Shown piece by piece: positions 9,185-20,412 of a DNA stretch of 64,000 bases (position 1 is its first letter; each line of letters opens with the position of its first letter). A model generated the notes under the pieces. It saw only the letters and a program-made list of their open reading frames with translations, was not told the DNA's origin and did no database searches. A program made the translations under genes and the position numbers. The DNA comes from an uncultured virus (IMG/VR IMGVR_UViG_3300021429_004282) (Duplodnaviria; Heunggongvirae; Uroviricota; Caudoviricetes): IMG/VR virus record IMGVR_UViG_3300021429_004282; one strand, 5' to 3'.

Positions 9185-9634
9185 ATGGAAAATAAAGACC
9201 AAGTTTTACCTGTTCCTCCGATGAGCGTCATAGTAAACGACATGTCCAGTCTGGAAACCAGTATTACAGATGGCGATCTGCATGAAATATATTCTGAAAT
9301 TCTTGGGGATTTAAGAAATGATAGAAAAGAAATAGATTCTTTGCTTAATAATTTTGTCGAAATGGTTATGAACGAAGGAGATAGCAGTTCATCATCTAAA
9401 GAAGCAGTCGTCAACTTAATTAAGGTTAAATCTGATATTGCAGATAAGAAAACAAAAATAGCTGATCTTATGACTACTCTTCGTTTGAAAGATAAATCTG
9501 TTTCTAAAGTTACAGCTAATCAAACAAACCACATACATATAACAGACAAGCGAAACTTGCTGGAGACCCTTAATAACATAAGGAAGGTTAAAGATGAATC
9601 CAAATTGGATAACAGTAAACGACTGGTTGATTAA
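9185..9634 (+). CDS. Hypothetical helical protein
   Basis: 149 aa, first gene of the long + strand late cluster. Confidence 0.75.
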   Translation: MENKDQVLPVPPMSVIVNDMSSLETSITDGDLHEIYSEILGDLRNDRKEIDSLLNNFVEMVMNEGDSSSSSKEAVVNLIKVKSDIADKKTKIADLMTTLRLKDKSVSKVTANQTNHIHITDKRNLLETLNNIRKVKDESKLDNSKRLVD

Positions 9635-10916
9635 AGAAGAAGATGTATTGTCATCCGCTATGGATGCTGCAGCAGGCGGTCCTCCCTCAGATTCCATTCC
9701 TCCCGGCATGCCCGGTGCAGGAGCCGCAGGTCCTCCTGCTGATATGCCAAAAGCTGGAGATCCTCTAGCCCAACCAACACAACCAGCGGCAGGTATGTCT
9801 GTGGCACAACCAGCATCTATGATGGATACTGATGCTCCTGATATGCCAGAAGAAAAAGAAGATTTGAATTTTGAAGATTGGAAAGCCAGTTTTTTCAAAG
9901 AATCTATCAAAGGTGATGTTAATCAGCTAATTGATATGATTCAAAAAGTCAGAAATAACGATTTGGATTCCTATCCTAGAAAGTTTGTTGAAGATAATCT
10001 TCAAGTCTTGTTCCTAAGGCAAAATGCTAATATAGAAAAAGCAAGTCAAACAATAAGAAAAGCTATCAGGGATCAAATTGACAAAAACAACCCTTCTGTT
10101 AGCATCGTACAGCATATGTTTACAAATCTGCAAAGCATGCCAGAGCTTACACAAACATTTATAAAGATAATGGGGTTGTATAGTAACAAAGCAGATGTGC
10201 ATAGAAAATATATCTCAGCACTATTAGGTGCAATTCAGGTTGGAAGTGGTGGTGCCAACGAAGACCTTATATTCAATCAGAAAGAATACTCAATTAAGGC
10301 TTCAACTCGTTGCAATTCCAAGTTTGGCCTGATTGATATTGGCAGGTGGTGCCTCAAGGAAGATGATCAAAAACAATATCTATCCGAGCCTGAGCAAGAG
10401 CGACTTGAAGATGGTAGCCCAGAGGAACGAGAGGTTCTTCGCAAAAGGGTAATCATGGAAAGTATTTCTGAATACTATCGTCGCAGGGCTTTTATAGTAA
10501 ATGTAATTACAACAGAAGGCACTGTGTATTTCCTTGGATTAGATTTTTCCAATAGCCTAAAAGAAGCATACACAAGTGGAAGATTAGTAGTAAAAATACA
10601 AGAATCTGAAACTAGTGAATCCATGTATGACACAGAAGGAGATCTTGTAAACCTTGTTGATATAAAAATTGTTTATGAAAAAGAAACTGGAAAAACTAAC
10701 GAAAATGGCAAACCAGAAAAAGAAGAGCTTGAATTCATTTCAAGAAAAGATGGAGTTCTTTTCCTAACTGCCAGCTTGGAAACACTAAAAGAAGCAGCCT
10801 CCTCTTTCCAAGGATTAGTCGTTAAAGAAATTCCTTACACAGGAAACCCAAGCGATCTTCAGTCTTTGATGAGATGCGTTCCATCAACATCGGAAATTAT
10901 TTTGAGGCAGTGCTAA
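9594..10916 (+). CDS. Hypothetical virion-associated protein with Pro/Ala/Gly-rich N-terminus
   Basis: 440 aa; AAGG upstream; N-terminal NDWLIKE. Confidence 0.8.
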   Translation: MNPNWITVNDWLIKEEDVLSSAMDAAAGGPPSDSIPPGMPGAGAAGPPADMPKAGDPLAQPTQPAAGMSVAQPASMMDTDAPDMPEEKEDLNFEDWKASFFKESIKGDVNQLIDMIQKVRNNDLDSYPRKFVEDNLQVLFLRQNANIEKASQTIRKAIRDQIDKNNPSVSIVQHMFTNLQSMPELTQTFIKIMGLYSNKADVHRKYISALLGAIQVGSGGANEDLIFNQKEYSIKASTRCNSKFGLIDIGRWCLKEDDQKQYLSEPEQERLEDGSPEEREVLRKRVIMESISEYYRRRAFIVNVITTEGTVYFLGLDFSNSLKEAYTSGRLVVKIQESETSESMYDTEGDLVNLVDIKIVYEKETGKTNENGKPEKEELEFISRKDGVLFLTASLETLKEAASSFQGLVVKEIPYTGNPSDLQSLMRCVPSTSEIILRQC

Positions 10917-10928
10917 TAGATAAAAAAG

Positions 10929-11435
10929 ATGAAAACATTTCTTGAATTTAATAATATGCTAGAGCAACATACCAAAGAAGATCTGGAAATGTTGCTCTAC
11001 ATATTCGAAAAAGATGGATTGAGAGTCGAAAGCTTCTTGGATTCTGAAGATATTCCATATATTTTCATATACAATCCTTTGGAAGACACAAGTTTTCAAG
11101 GTGTAAGAGTTTATAAACTCGGAGATATTTTAGCATTCAAAGTTCAAAGATATCCTGAATCTAAATCTTATGGCAAAGCATATCCAATAGAAATTCAAGA
11201 TATGTACGACAACTTTATTGCTGATAAGAAAACAAAAGAAGAGGCAGTAAAAGAGCTTAGAAAAATTTTGTGCAAAAATATGCGTGACTTTTTCAAAAAA
11301 TCAAAAGTGGCTGAAGACAAGATAGTTCGTTCTCAAATTCATGATCCTGATGCTTTGGATGGTGCTGGTCAGATAGTCATAAGAAACACTGGCACTGATT
11401 ATTCCAATACTGTTTACAGTAACAATAAAAACTAA
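10929..11435 (+). CDS. Protein with capsid-targeting-like leader (MKTFLEFNNMLE)
   Basis: 168 aa; ATAGATA box 6 nt upstream. Confidence 0.75.
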   Translation: MKTFLEFNNMLEQHTKEDLEMLLYIFEKDGLRVESFLDSEDIPYIFIYNPLEDTSFQGVRVYKLGDILAFKVQRYPESKSYGKAYPIEIQDMYDNFIADKKTKEEAVKELRKILCKNMRDFFKKSKVAEDKIVRSQIHDPDALDGAGQIVIRNTGTDYSNTVYSNNKN

Positions 11436-11449
11436 TCGGCTTATTTGCC

Positions 11450-11456
11450 ATAAATA
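11450..11456 (+). promoter_or_regulatory. T4-late-type promoter box ATAAATA
   Basis: ATAAATAAGATATG, identical to 26261-26274. Confidence 0.6.
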
Positions 11457-11460
11457 AGAT

Positions 11461-11979
11461 ATGGCTGATGATCTTTCTGGTCTTTTTGCTGCTGTTGACA
11501 AGGCTTCTGGTTTAGGAGTTGCCGCCAACCAATATGGTCCAAGCATCAAAAGACTTGGCAAAGGAGCCTTGGTGCAATTCACATATGGTAATGCCAAACC
11601 CGGACATGATCAAAATCCACTTGTTATTTTAACTGATGTTGGGCTCAAATATTTTAGAGGTGTAAATCTCCATTATTTGACATTTCCAGTAATACGCCAA
11701 ATGCTTCAAAAAACAGGTTTGAACTTTTGTAATAACCCATTTTTGAGCTATCAAACTAATATAAAATCTAATGAATATATAAAGAAAGCATTTAGGGTGT
11801 ACAAACGAGCAAGTTGCAAAAGAGTAAAAATTCTTGATTGTAATTTTATTTTGAACGCAATGGGATCTGTTCGTGCTCTCGATCCGCAAGATTTAGAAGC
11901 AATACGATCTTCTATAAAAGAGCAGTTAGCAAAAACCGTGAATCAAAATATTCCAGACATGCCTCAGGTTGAAACATGA
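11461..11979 (+). CDS. T4 gp2-like DNA end protector protein
   Basis: FTY...HDQNPLVI...FRGVNLHYL...AFRVY resembles gp2 D-x-x-PL...GLNLHYL. Confidence 0.6.
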   Translation: MADDLSGLFAAVDKASGLGVAANQYGPSIKRLGKGALVQFTYGNAKPGHDQNPLVILTDVGLKYFRGVNLHYLTFPVIRQMLQKTGLNFCNNPFLSYQTNIKSNEYIKKAFRVYKRASCKRVKILDCNFILNAMGSVRALDPQDLEAIRSSIKEQLAKTVNQNIPDMPQVET

Positions 11980-14900
11980 TTGAAGATATAAAAGGTAATC
12001 AAATATCTGGTGATCTTGCATCATTGAAGAGCATGTTGTCTTCAATGATGCAACAAAATGTAACCAAGACAGAAATACCCGATGCAAACAAATCAAAAGA
12101 AATAGGTGGAGATCAGATAAAAAAAATATCTGAGATGCTTTTAAAACTTGACAAAAGTTTCAATGTAAAAGAAATAAGCGATTCTATTAAGCATTTAAAC
12201 CAAGTCGTTAGTTCTGCACAAAATTCACAAACAAGTGTTATTAAAGAAAGTCAAGGAAGTTTTAAAAATATTGACAGTTCACTATCAAAAATGTTTGGTG
12301 GACTTGGTGGAATGCAACAAGCGATTGAAAAAGGAACATCAGATCTTTCTAGTAATGTTTTACGAGTCATAGAGAAAAATAGTAATGTAACTGGAACTGG
12401 AGATTTAAAAAATATTTTATCTAGTATTGGCAGTATTGCTAAGGAAATGATCAAAAGCACAAGATCCATGACCAAAAGTCCTTCTGATGGAGGACTAGGT
12501 GACAACATTACCGGGGAACTGGAAACTATTAATGCTACTGAACAAGCAGAAAAAGGATTAAGAACTAAAAACTATACACAACTTACAAAATTAGCAGAAG
12601 CAGGTCTTAAAAAGGGTAGTGTTCATGTTAGAGATGATGAAATGATTATCCAAATTAAAAAATTAAATAAAACAATAGATGGTATTTATACTCATTTGCT
12701 TTCCCTGCCTCCACCCGGTACACCACCTCCACCCGGACCAACACCTTCACCCGGACCAACACCACCGGGCGGTGGCGGCAAATGGGGTATGATTGGAAGT
12801 TTGGCATCGGGCTTGAAATCTTTGACTGTATCAGCATATTCCATGGCTAAAAAATATGCTGGGGATTTAGTAACTGACATTAATACTGCCATGGCCGTTC
12901 CAAATTTCAATGATACTGTGTTGTTGGGAGCAAGGACATTCAAAGAAGGCCTTGTAAAAATAACAGCAGAACAAAGAAAAATAGCAATTCAGGCCAAGCA
13001 AATTGCTTATGAAACAGACGGTATCACAGGAGCAACCAAAGATTTGCAGGCAGAATATTTGGTGACCGCAAATGTAGAAAAAAGAACAGGTGTTGACAGG
13101 CTAACATTTCAAAACAAACTTTTAGAATTTCAAAGGAAAGGCATAAAAGATCAAGGTGCTCTTAAAGATTTGGTGGCAACCCAACTTAACATAGAAAAAC
13201 AGCTAGGTATGGAAGCTGGTGAGCTTGGGGATGACTTCATAAAATTAAAACAACAAGCAGGTTTTACAAATGTGCAAATCGCATCCACTGCAAGAGGCAT
13301 GCTTGAAGTAGCCAGACAAAGCGGTTTAAGTGGCAAAGAATTAAAAGCAGCCATGGAAAGCAGCAAAGGCATAGTCGATGCCATGAAAAACGCTGCGACA
13401 TTAACAGCGGGCGCAATTAAAAATGTAACATCTGTTATGGCTGAAGCACAGAAGCTTGGCGTGACAGAACAGGTTGGCACTCTAATGCAAAGTGCCGCCA
13501 GTAGTTCTAAGTTGTTTTTGAATACATCACAAGAAACCAAAACACTTCTATATCAAGCAGCTGGGTCTGTAGGTAGAATTAGTGATCTTCAAAATGGAAT
13601 ACTAACAAAATCAAAAGCAGGCCTAAAAGACTTAGGACAAGGCATGGATAATGTTCTTGAAAGATTTGGAGTTAATGGTGTAGATGCTATTGAAAACTTA
13701 TCAGATGAGGCTAAAACAAGATTAAATATTCAATTACAATCAGTTTACAAAATGGATCTTGGAGAATTTACAAGAACAGCCAAAGCAATTAAGGATGGTG
13801 CTAAAGGGTATAATGACAGGCTTAAAGAAATAAATGACAAGCTAAAAGAAAATGGAGACACAGCGCTAAGCAACGAAGAAAGAAAAGCTCTGGAAATTAA
13901 AAAAGCTTCTCTACAACAACAAGCAAGCATGGACATACTGACTAAGTTCGACGAATCATTGAAAGGTGCTGGAACAGGCGCTGCTGGCATGAAAAAAGGC
14001 ATGGAAAAATTTAATGCCGAACTGATAAAAAACAAAGATTTACAAGATCAAATAAGTGGTTTAGCATTAGAGAAGGGAATACAAGGACCACTAAGCACAG
14101 AGCAGCAAGTTGGACTAGGGCTTGAAGCTTCAGTTGCAAATTTGAACAAGAAGATGGCCGACTTAAAAATGGATCCAAGCAAACAAATAGATGAAAAAAA
14201 GATTCAACAGGCTTTGGCAGATCCAAAACAATTCAAAGATCTTGTTGCAGACATGCAAAAAATGGAACAGGAAGCCATGACCGCAGAAAAAGCTGCTTCT
14301 GATCCAGTTTTACAAGCACAACAAAAAATGTTAGAAATAAACGGTGAAATGTCAACTCAAGCAGCTTTGACAGCTGAAAGGGCTGCTAATCTTATTGACG
14401 GCCAAGAAGTTTTTGCCGCCTCATTAGCCCAATCACTCATTCAGGAAGCAGAACAAACTGGTTTGCTTTCGAAAATAGAACAGGGAATTAGTTGGATTTG
14501 GGGGATAATAACATCTTTACCCGGAATGTTTACAAGTATGATCGGCAGATTCACGAGTGGTGTTGGAAGTTTGTTTACAAGAGCAGGGCTAGGTGGCGCA
14601 CTCTCGGGACTTGCGAAAAAGATACCATATCTTGGTGCAATAGTTGAAACTGGTACTAGGCTCATGAAAGGAGAAAGTGCCGGACAAGCTGTTACCGGTG
14701 GTGTTGCTGCTGGTGGCGGCGCAGCCGCAGGAGGATTCCTTGGAATGAAGGTTGGAGCTTTGATAGGCAGTGCATTTCCCGGCATAGGAACAGCCATAGG
14801 TGCTGGTGTAGGCGGTCTAATAGGATCAATAGGCGGTATGTTTGCTGGATCTAATCTTGGAGATGTTGCGTATCAGTATTTGGTGGAACCTTTCATAAAC

Positions 14901-15749
14901 AGCTTGCCAAAAATTTGGGAAGGAATTACTGGATTTTTTGGCTCGTTGGGCAGTTCTTTGATGGGAATACTTGAAACAGCAATATGGGGTCCAATAAAAT
15001 GGATATTTGATAGTCTTGGACTAACCGACTTGCTTTACAATAACATCTGGAAGCCTATTTCAGATACATTTGCAAGTATTGGAAATGCGGTTTGGGATTG
15101 GATAAAACCAATATGGAATGCAATAACCAGCATATTTTCAGATCTATCCTCTTGGTTTGGAGGATGGGGCAAGACTATATGGGACTTCCTTTACAAGGGA
15201 GCTAGTGCTGTTGGCCTTGGTTGGCTATTGGGCAAAGGAGATCCTCCCAAGGGTGCTAAGCCTGTTGCTGCCCCTAGTGAGCCTACTAATGCCACTGCAA
15301 TGACAAACCAAGCGCAGTCCAGAGCAACCGCTCTTTCTGCAGCTGCTTACACGGATACTGATTTTCGCCACGGGTCGGAAACTTGGCAGTCCAGAGCAAC
15401 CGCTGTTCCTGCCGGAATGTCAACAAGTATGGCAGTGCCAGCAACTAGTCCATCTGGAATCATGGCTCCACCACAACGACAAGCTGCTATGGCGACTGCA
15501 ACATCTGGCACTGGTGGAGACATGGGGTCTTATCTATCTTCGATTGCTAAGAGTGGAGAAACAGAAGCCTCTGCTTCTCAGCAGATGATACAGTTGATGC
15601 GAAAAATGATTGAGGTTTTGAGTAGTGGTGGAACTAGTGGTGCCAAACCAGCGTATGCTGGAGCTCCCGCACCAAAAAGTGATAATTATTTCAAATTGCC
15701 AACAGGTAATTTCAACGAAAGTAGTATCAGAGAAGTAACTAATCTATAA
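11976..15749 (+). CDS. Tape measure protein
   Basis: 1257 aa helical Ala/Gly/Lys-rich; glycine zipper GAxIGSxxPGIGTAIG; W-periodic C-terminal repeats; directly upstream of the baseplate genes. Confidence 0.8.
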   Translation: MIEDIKGNQISGDLASLKSMLSSMMQQNVTKTEIPDANKSKEIGGDQIKKISEMLLKLDKSFNVKEISDSIKHLNQVVSSAQNSQTSVIKESQGSFKNIDSSLSKMFGGLGGMQQAIEKGTSDLSSNVLRVIEKNSNVTGTGDLKNILSSIGSIAKEMIKSTRSMTKSPSDGGLGDNITGELETINATEQAEKGLRTKNYTQLTKLAEAGLKKGSVHVRDDEMIIQIKKLNKTIDGIYTHLLSLPPPGTPPPPGPTPSPGPTPPGGGGKWGMIGSLASGLKSLTVSAYSMAKKYAGDLVTDINTAMAVPNFNDTVLLGARTFKEGLVKITAEQRKIAIQAKQIAYETDGITGATKDLQAEYLVTANVEKRTGVDRLTFQNKLLEFQRKGIKDQGALKDLVATQLNIEKQLGMEAGELGDDFIKLKQQAGFTNVQIASTARGMLEVARQSGLSGKELKAAMESSKGIVDAMKNAATLTAGAIKNVTSVMAEAQKLGVTEQVGTLMQSAASSSKLFLNTSQETKTLLYQAAGSVGRISDLQNGILTKSKAGLKDLGQGMDNVLERFGVNGVDAIENLSDEAKTRLNIQLQSVYKMDLGEFTRTAKAIKDGAKGYNDRLKEINDKLKENGDTALSNEERKALEIKKASLQQQASMDILTKFDESLKGAGTGAAGMKKGMEKFNAELIKNKDLQDQISGLALEKGIQGPLSTEQQVGLGLEASVANLNKKMADLKMDPSKQIDEKKIQQALADPKQFKDLVADMQKMEQEAMTAEKAASDPVLQAQQKMLEINGEMSTQAALTAERAANLIDGQEVFAASLAQSLIQEAEQTGLLSKIEQGISWIWGIITSLPGMFTSMIGRFTSGVGSLFTRAGLGGALSGLAKKIPYLGAIVETGTRLMKGESAGQAVTGGVAAGGGAAAGGFLGMKVGALIGSAFPGIGTAIGAGVGGLIGSIGGMFAGSNLGDVAYQYLVEPFINSLPKIWEGITGFFGSLGSSLMGILETAIWGPIKWIFDSLGLTDLLYNNIWKPISDTFASIGNAVWDWIKPIWNAITSIFSDLSSWFGGWGKTIWDFLYKGASAVGLGWLLGKGDPPKGAKPVAAPSEPTNATAMTNQAQSRATALSAAAYTDTDFRHGSETWQSRATAVPAGMSTSMAVPATSPSGIMAPPQRQAAMATATSGTGGDMGSYLSSIAKSGETEASASQQMIQLMRKMIEVLSSGGTSGAKPAYAGAPAPKSDNYFKLPTGNFNESSIREVTNL

Positions 15750-15759
15750 TTGGTGAAAA

Positions 15760-16296
15760 ATGGCAAGGGCAACAAGTACAACAGGTAATCTTCTACCAAT
15801 TAGAGACTGCTACATTCGTGTTGGAAGCAGTGTCATTTTTATGTATTCTTTACCTACTATAGGCGACACTCATGGAGCCGATTACAGCACAGAAAATGGC
15901 ATAGGCAGATCTATACCAACTCAAACATTTCAAAATGGCACAACCAGAGCAATAACTTGGAATGTTACTTTTATTTCTGATGGCGAGTCAAAGCTGAATC
16001 AAAATTTGGCAAATTTAAGATTGTTGCAAAGTTGTACTTATCCGGTTGATTCTCCACAGCAGGCAAGCGTTCCTTTTCTTCCTCCAAAGATTTTAAAAAT
16101 AAAATGTGGCAGATTGCTAGGTGATTATGAGCTTTGTGTAATTTTGAAAAGCATATCTGTCAACTGGCCTGTAGATGTTCCATGGTCAAGCTTTGGATAC
16201 ATTCCATATAAATTTGAAGCCGCACTATCTTTTGAAGTTGTTTACAACTCTGCGGACCTTCCCGGACAATCTAGAATTTTAAAATTAGGATTATAG
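15760..16296 (+). CDS. Tail tube initiator/baseplate tube protein (gp48/gp54-like)
   Basis: GRSxP...TRAITW...YP...PPKILKIKCG...ILKSISVNW pattern; position after TMP. Confidence 0.65.
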   Translation: MARATSTTGNLLPIRDCYIRVGSSVIFMYSLPTIGDTHGADYSTENGIGRSIPTQTFQNGTTRAITWNVTFISDGESKLNQNLANLRLLQSCTYPVDSPQQASVPFLPPKILKIKCGRLLGDYELCVILKSISVNWPVDVPWSSFGYIPYKFEAALSFEVVYNSADLPGQSRILKLGL

Positions 16297-16297
16297 C

Positions 16298-16624
16298 ATG
16301 GCAAATACGATTGACAAAAATGTAAGATTGACTGCTGGTTCATATGTAACTTTTACAAGCAGGTACAGATCTTCTAATATCTTTTTTTATGGTAATGATA
16401 GAAAAATAACATTTTCTACATATAAAAAAAGATCTCAAGTAACAAGTGAGACTGATTCGTTTTTGACCATAACAAAAGCTTTTGAATTTAGACCTGATTT
16501 GGTGAGTTATAAAGTCTATAGTACTCCAGATTATTGGTGGAAAATACTTGAGTTTAATGGGATGATGGATATCTTTGATTTTAAAAATGGAAGAAACATA
16601 AGACTTCCAAGTAACTTCGTATGA
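16298..16624 (+). CDS. Baseplate wedge protein gp53-like (LysM-type)
   Basis: RPDLVSYKVYSTPDYWWKILEFN...IRLP. Confidence 0.85.
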   Translation: MANTIDKNVRLTAGSYVTFTSRYRSSNIFFYGNDRKITFSTYKKRSQVTSETDSFLTITKAFEFRPDLVSYKVYSTPDYWWKILEFNGMMDIFDFKNGRNIRLPSNFV

Positions 16625-16631
16625 GGAAATA

Positions 16632-18266
16632 ATGCCAGTATGTAACATACCGTTTGAAGCACAAAAGTACGCATGTGGTCCTATAGCACAGCCCCTGCCA
16701 GCTGCTGTCAAAACTCCTTTTGTAAATTTGATATTTTTTAAAGGGCAAAGACAGATCACCGTTGGCAACAGATCCAGCAATTCATCCAGCATTGCGAATT
16801 TGGCAGACATTTCAAGTGTTGGGGCATCTTTTGTAAAATCTTTTACATATTCATTTAGTAATGGTGCTGGTGTTGAAGCGGTTATTATTGATACATCTGG
16901 TAGTGATTTTGCAAATTTTCTTAATATCATGCCAAGCAAGGAATGCGATCCTCAAAAAGGCTCATATAGTGTTGTCGCAGTTGAATTCGGTTGGATTTTT
17001 CAGGATTGCAACGGAACATATAAAAAATATGGTAGCGTAGAGGCTTCTTATGATGATAGCTTTATAGATGCAACTGGAACAAGAGTCTCCGTTGAAGAAG
17101 GAAACTATCTTTGGTTCATGTTGACACAAATTACCGTTTCTGAGTCAAAAGGTGTTTGGGAATATAAATTAAAATTAGAAGGGAGTATGCAGGCATCTGC
17201 TCCGTACACAAAAAATTCCAAGGCAGTAGGTACAGATGATCAAAAGGTTCCATTAAAGAATGCTGTTGAACAATCCTTGAAAGAATCTTGCAAAAACTAT
17301 TTTAACCAAAATTCACAAGAAAGATTTATAGATGAAGCCGAAGTTAAGTTCGTAAGAATTAATAAAAACTATGGAACGAGTGCCAACGGAGGAAATGGCG
17401 GTCAAAGGGTTTTGGAAACATTTAAATTCAAAGGATCAGATGGTGGAACAAATGGTCCTAAAAATGTCTGGGCACCAGAACAACAAGACCCAATTTCAGC
17501 GACGAGAAAATGGATGAATTCATTTCAAACCGATAGAAATTTAGGAACATATTTTATAAGTGATGTTAGGACAAGAAAGCCTAATCTTTTGATTATGGAA
17601 AACCCTAATGATCCATGTATTATTAGCAATGAATGTGTGGGAAATTCTGATAGGCCAAAAAGAGTTTACATAGTTAATGGTGGCCAGTGCTCTCCAGTAT
17701 TAGATTTTAAACCATCCGTACAACTTACATTTATTGAACCAACAACAAATATTGGTGCTAACGCCACGGGCATGGATACTACCAAGGGCAAGCCAGAAAC
17801 ATCTGTTCCAACAAATGGAAAAGCAACTAAAAATACCAATCAGTGTTATAAAAATGAAATTAATAGGAAGGGCTTGGAAACTGCCATGTCTATTCCCGGA
17901 TCTAATCTTAATTTTAGAACACCTGCCCAAGCAAACCAGAAAGAATTTAAAAGTATTTGGGCAAACTCAGCCGCCAGTAAATTCTATGAAATTACTGCTC
18001 CTGTAGAAGCTGATCTGCAAATAGAGGGAGATCCAAGATATTTAGATGTAGTTTCTTTGCAAGGTCAAACAATTGGTATCATTTATTTGAATCCTTATGG
18101 AATAAGAAACAATCTTGGTGATTGTGACTGGGTCGCATATCCAAATGTCAATGAATTTTTCTCTAGAACAAATTATTTGATTCAAAGTATTAGTCATGTC
18201 ATAGATTCATCCGGGTACAAAACTACATTAAAACTGTCGTCTCCAGTTGCAAATCAAAGAAGGTAA
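16632..18266 (+). CDS. Baseplate hub protein (gp27/gpD-like)
   Basis: VEFGW near N-terminus; ADLQIEGDP and YLIQSISHVIDSSGYKTTLKL at C-terminus; synteny. Confidence 0.7.
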   Translation: MPVCNIPFEAQKYACGPIAQPLPAAVKTPFVNLIFFKGQRQITVGNRSSNSSSIANLADISSVGASFVKSFTYSFSNGAGVEAVIIDTSGSDFANFLNIMPSKECDPQKGSYSVVAVEFGWIFQDCNGTYKKYGSVEASYDDSFIDATGTRVSVEEGNYLWFMLTQITVSESKGVWEYKLKLEGSMQASAPYTKNSKAVGTDDQKVPLKNAVEQSLKESCKNYFNQNSQERFIDEAEVKFVRINKNYGTSANGGNGGQRVLETFKFKGSDGGTNGPKNVWAPEQQDPISATRKWMNSFQTDRNLGTYFISDVRTRKPNLLIMENPNDPCIISNECVGNSDRPKRVYIVNGGQCSPVLDFKPSVQLTFIEPTTNIGANATGMDTTKGKPETSVPTNGKATKNTNQCYKNEINRKGLETAMSIPGSNLNFRTPAQANQKEFKSIWANSAASKFYEITAPVEADLQIEGDPRYLDVVSLQGQTIGIIYLNPYGIRNNLGDCDWVAYPNVNEFFSRTNYLIQSISHVIDSSGYKTTLKLSSPVANQRR

Positions 18267-18268
18267 AA

Positions 18269-20395
18269 ATGAGCATCAAAAATTTGGAAGCTAGAATAGC
18301 CGAGCTTGAAGCAGCATTATCTGGCATGAGCAAAAATATGCTGGATGCATCAAAGACATCTAAAAAGCAACAGGTAAGACTTCTCAAACAAAAACAAAGT
18401 ATTTATGGCATTTATCCAGCCTTGTGTGTTGACACAATAGACATTTACAAGCAAAACAGAATTCGTTATTTTTCACCACAATTACATGACCCTAATAGCT
18501 CTTATAAATCCTTGCCATTTGCTTATCCCATTTCAACCATGGGTGGATTTGATGATAGCGGTTTGAATTGGGTTCCTCCTGCTGGCAGCACAGTCATGTT
18601 AATATTTGAGGCTGGCAACAGGTCTGCTGGTTATTATCTTGGCACTACATGGTCTAGAGACAGGGGTGCAGATGGTAGGCCTAAGTTTCCCATACCTATT
18701 CCAGAGTATGAAAATATTTATAAAGATAAAAGAGATGGATATTTGTGTGGCCCGAACGATGGTTCCCAAGTTTTGCCACCATGGAATACTGAGAGCTATA
18801 ACGGATTCGATATAACTAGCGTACAAGATCTTGAAACATCCCCTGCTGCGGCAAAAAGAATTACATATCCTAATATTTACGGCTTTAAAACTCCTGAAAA
18901 ACACATGGTAAAGATGGTTGATGGAGATGCTAAATGTAATAGAAAATGGAAACGACTTGAAATTATGTCTGGTAATGGTAATTGGATGATATTTAAAGAC
19001 GATCATCTTCACTATGCAGGACAGTGGGCGCATCCAGACTGCGGTTCAAAAAAAGGCGATGTGAGTTGCGTACCCGGAGTTCCAAACCCACAGCCTAGAA
19101 GCGTTGAAGATGTAACTCTTTTGAGAAACAGGGCTAATGTCAACATTGATGAAGAAGCGGTTGATCTTTTCTTGTTTGATACCAATCGAAAAGTAGAGCA
19201 ACCACCCGGATCTACAGTCTGTGGTGGAGTGACTATAGGTGGCAACTCAGACTACCCCGGTAAGAATTCACAGGTTGGTGCAAATCCTTTTTTCAAACAC
19301 ATGAACGAATGCCGTCCTTACAAAGGACCACAAACTCCACAAAACAACAAGTGTGATTTACCACAATCTGGAATTCAATTGTTATCTATATCCGGACATT
19401 CATTTGTCATGGATGATAGTGTAAAAGATCCTCAGGGTGGTATGGAATGGTCAAGAAGTACCAAGCCATTTGATTTTGGTTGCACAGACATGTATTTGGG
19501 TAGAACTTATTGGAAGTCTGCAACTGGCCATACTATTGAAATGAATGATGCTGAAAAAGGTGGCACAACTCAAAAAGTAAGAGGAGTTAAAAATGGAATA
19601 AAGCTAAAGTCTGCTTTGGGTAATGAAATATTTTTATGTGATGATTCCGAAGGCCCAAAGTGTCCATCACCAGCCACACAAAATCAGGGCATTCTTATAA
19701 GAAGCGCCAGCAACAATATAATTCAACTAAGCGATGGTGGAAATAAAAGAGATATACCATGTAGAAGAGAAGGTGGTGTTCCGCAATCTAAAGCAAGCAC
19801 TGCTTATGTCAGCATTAGGACTGGATATGGCATGGGTCTTGATCTTGTTGACATGGGTTCACAAGAGCAAACAAAAAATCAATATGCAAGACTTTTTACA
19901 CCGCAAAAAGATAATAAAACTCGTGGTCCTCATTATCTTTTGTTTTCTGAAGCAGCCACTGGACCGGGCACTGTACAATTAAGAACAGGTGGCAACTATC
20001 TATTGAGTACTTGTGATAACAGTATTGAGTACATAGGATATAAAGTTGAAAATAAGAAGTATGTTGATAACAAAGGTAGCAAGATAACATATGTTTCTGG
20101 TGCAAACTATGAAGTAGTAGGCGACTACAAATATACACAAGCCAAAAGAATATTTTGCAAAGCAGATGAAGACTTGGTATTACTTTCTGGCAAAGATTAT
20201 CAACTGCCTGTTGACAAGGAAGGAAATCCTACAGGCAAGGGCCCGGGGGCTTTTCCTGTAGTTGTTTTCGTGCCGGGTAAAAATGGTGGTGGAGTATTAA
20301 AAATAAGTGACAGAATATATGCAAGTACCTCTCCGAATGCGCCAACTGTGTCTATATATAATTTGAGACCTTATATTAATACAAGGCCTAGGTAA
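18269..20395 (+). CDS. Central spike gp5/VgrG-like protein
   Basis: OB-fold motif WVPPAGSTVMLIFEAGN...YYLG; SGHSFVMDD and TGHTIEMND repeats. Confidence 0.85.
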   Translation: MSIKNLEARIAELEAALSGMSKNMLDASKTSKKQQVRLLKQKQSIYGIYPALCVDTIDIYKQNRIRYFSPQLHDPNSSYKSLPFAYPISTMGGFDDSGLNWVPPAGSTVMLIFEAGNRSAGYYLGTTWSRDRGADGRPKFPIPIPEYENIYKDKRDGYLCGPNDGSQVLPPWNTESYNGFDITSVQDLETSPAAAKRITYPNIYGFKTPEKHMVKMVDGDAKCNRKWKRLEIMSGNGNWMIFKDDHLHYAGQWAHPDCGSKKGDVSCVPGVPNPQPRSVEDVTLLRNRANVNIDEEAVDLFLFDTNRKVEQPPGSTVCGGVTIGGNSDYPGKNSQVGANPFFKHMNECRPYKGPQTPQNNKCDLPQSGIQLLSISGHSFVMDDSVKDPQGGMEWSRSTKPFDFGCTDMYLGRTYWKSATGHTIEMNDAEKGGTTQKVRGVKNGIKLKSALGNEIFLCDDSEGPKCPSPATQNQGILIRSASNNIIQLSDGGNKRDIPCRREGGVPQSKASTAYVSIRTGYGMGLDLVDMGSQEQTKNQYARLFTPQKDNKTRGPHYLLFSEAATGPGTVQLRTGGNYLLSTCDNSIEYIGYKVENKKYVDNKGSKITYVSGANYEVVGDYKYTQAKRIFCKADEDLVLLSGKDYQLPVDKEGNPTGKGPGAFPVVVFVPGKNGGGVLKISDRIYASTSPNAPTVSIYNLRPYINTRPR

Positions 20396-20412
20396 ATCGT
20401 AGAAAGGTATGA

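Noticed and set aside
15315..15404. Short direct repeat gcagtccagagcaaccgct in the TMP
   Set aside because: Two-copy in-frame micro-duplication (QSRATA); no sign of att or mobile-element function
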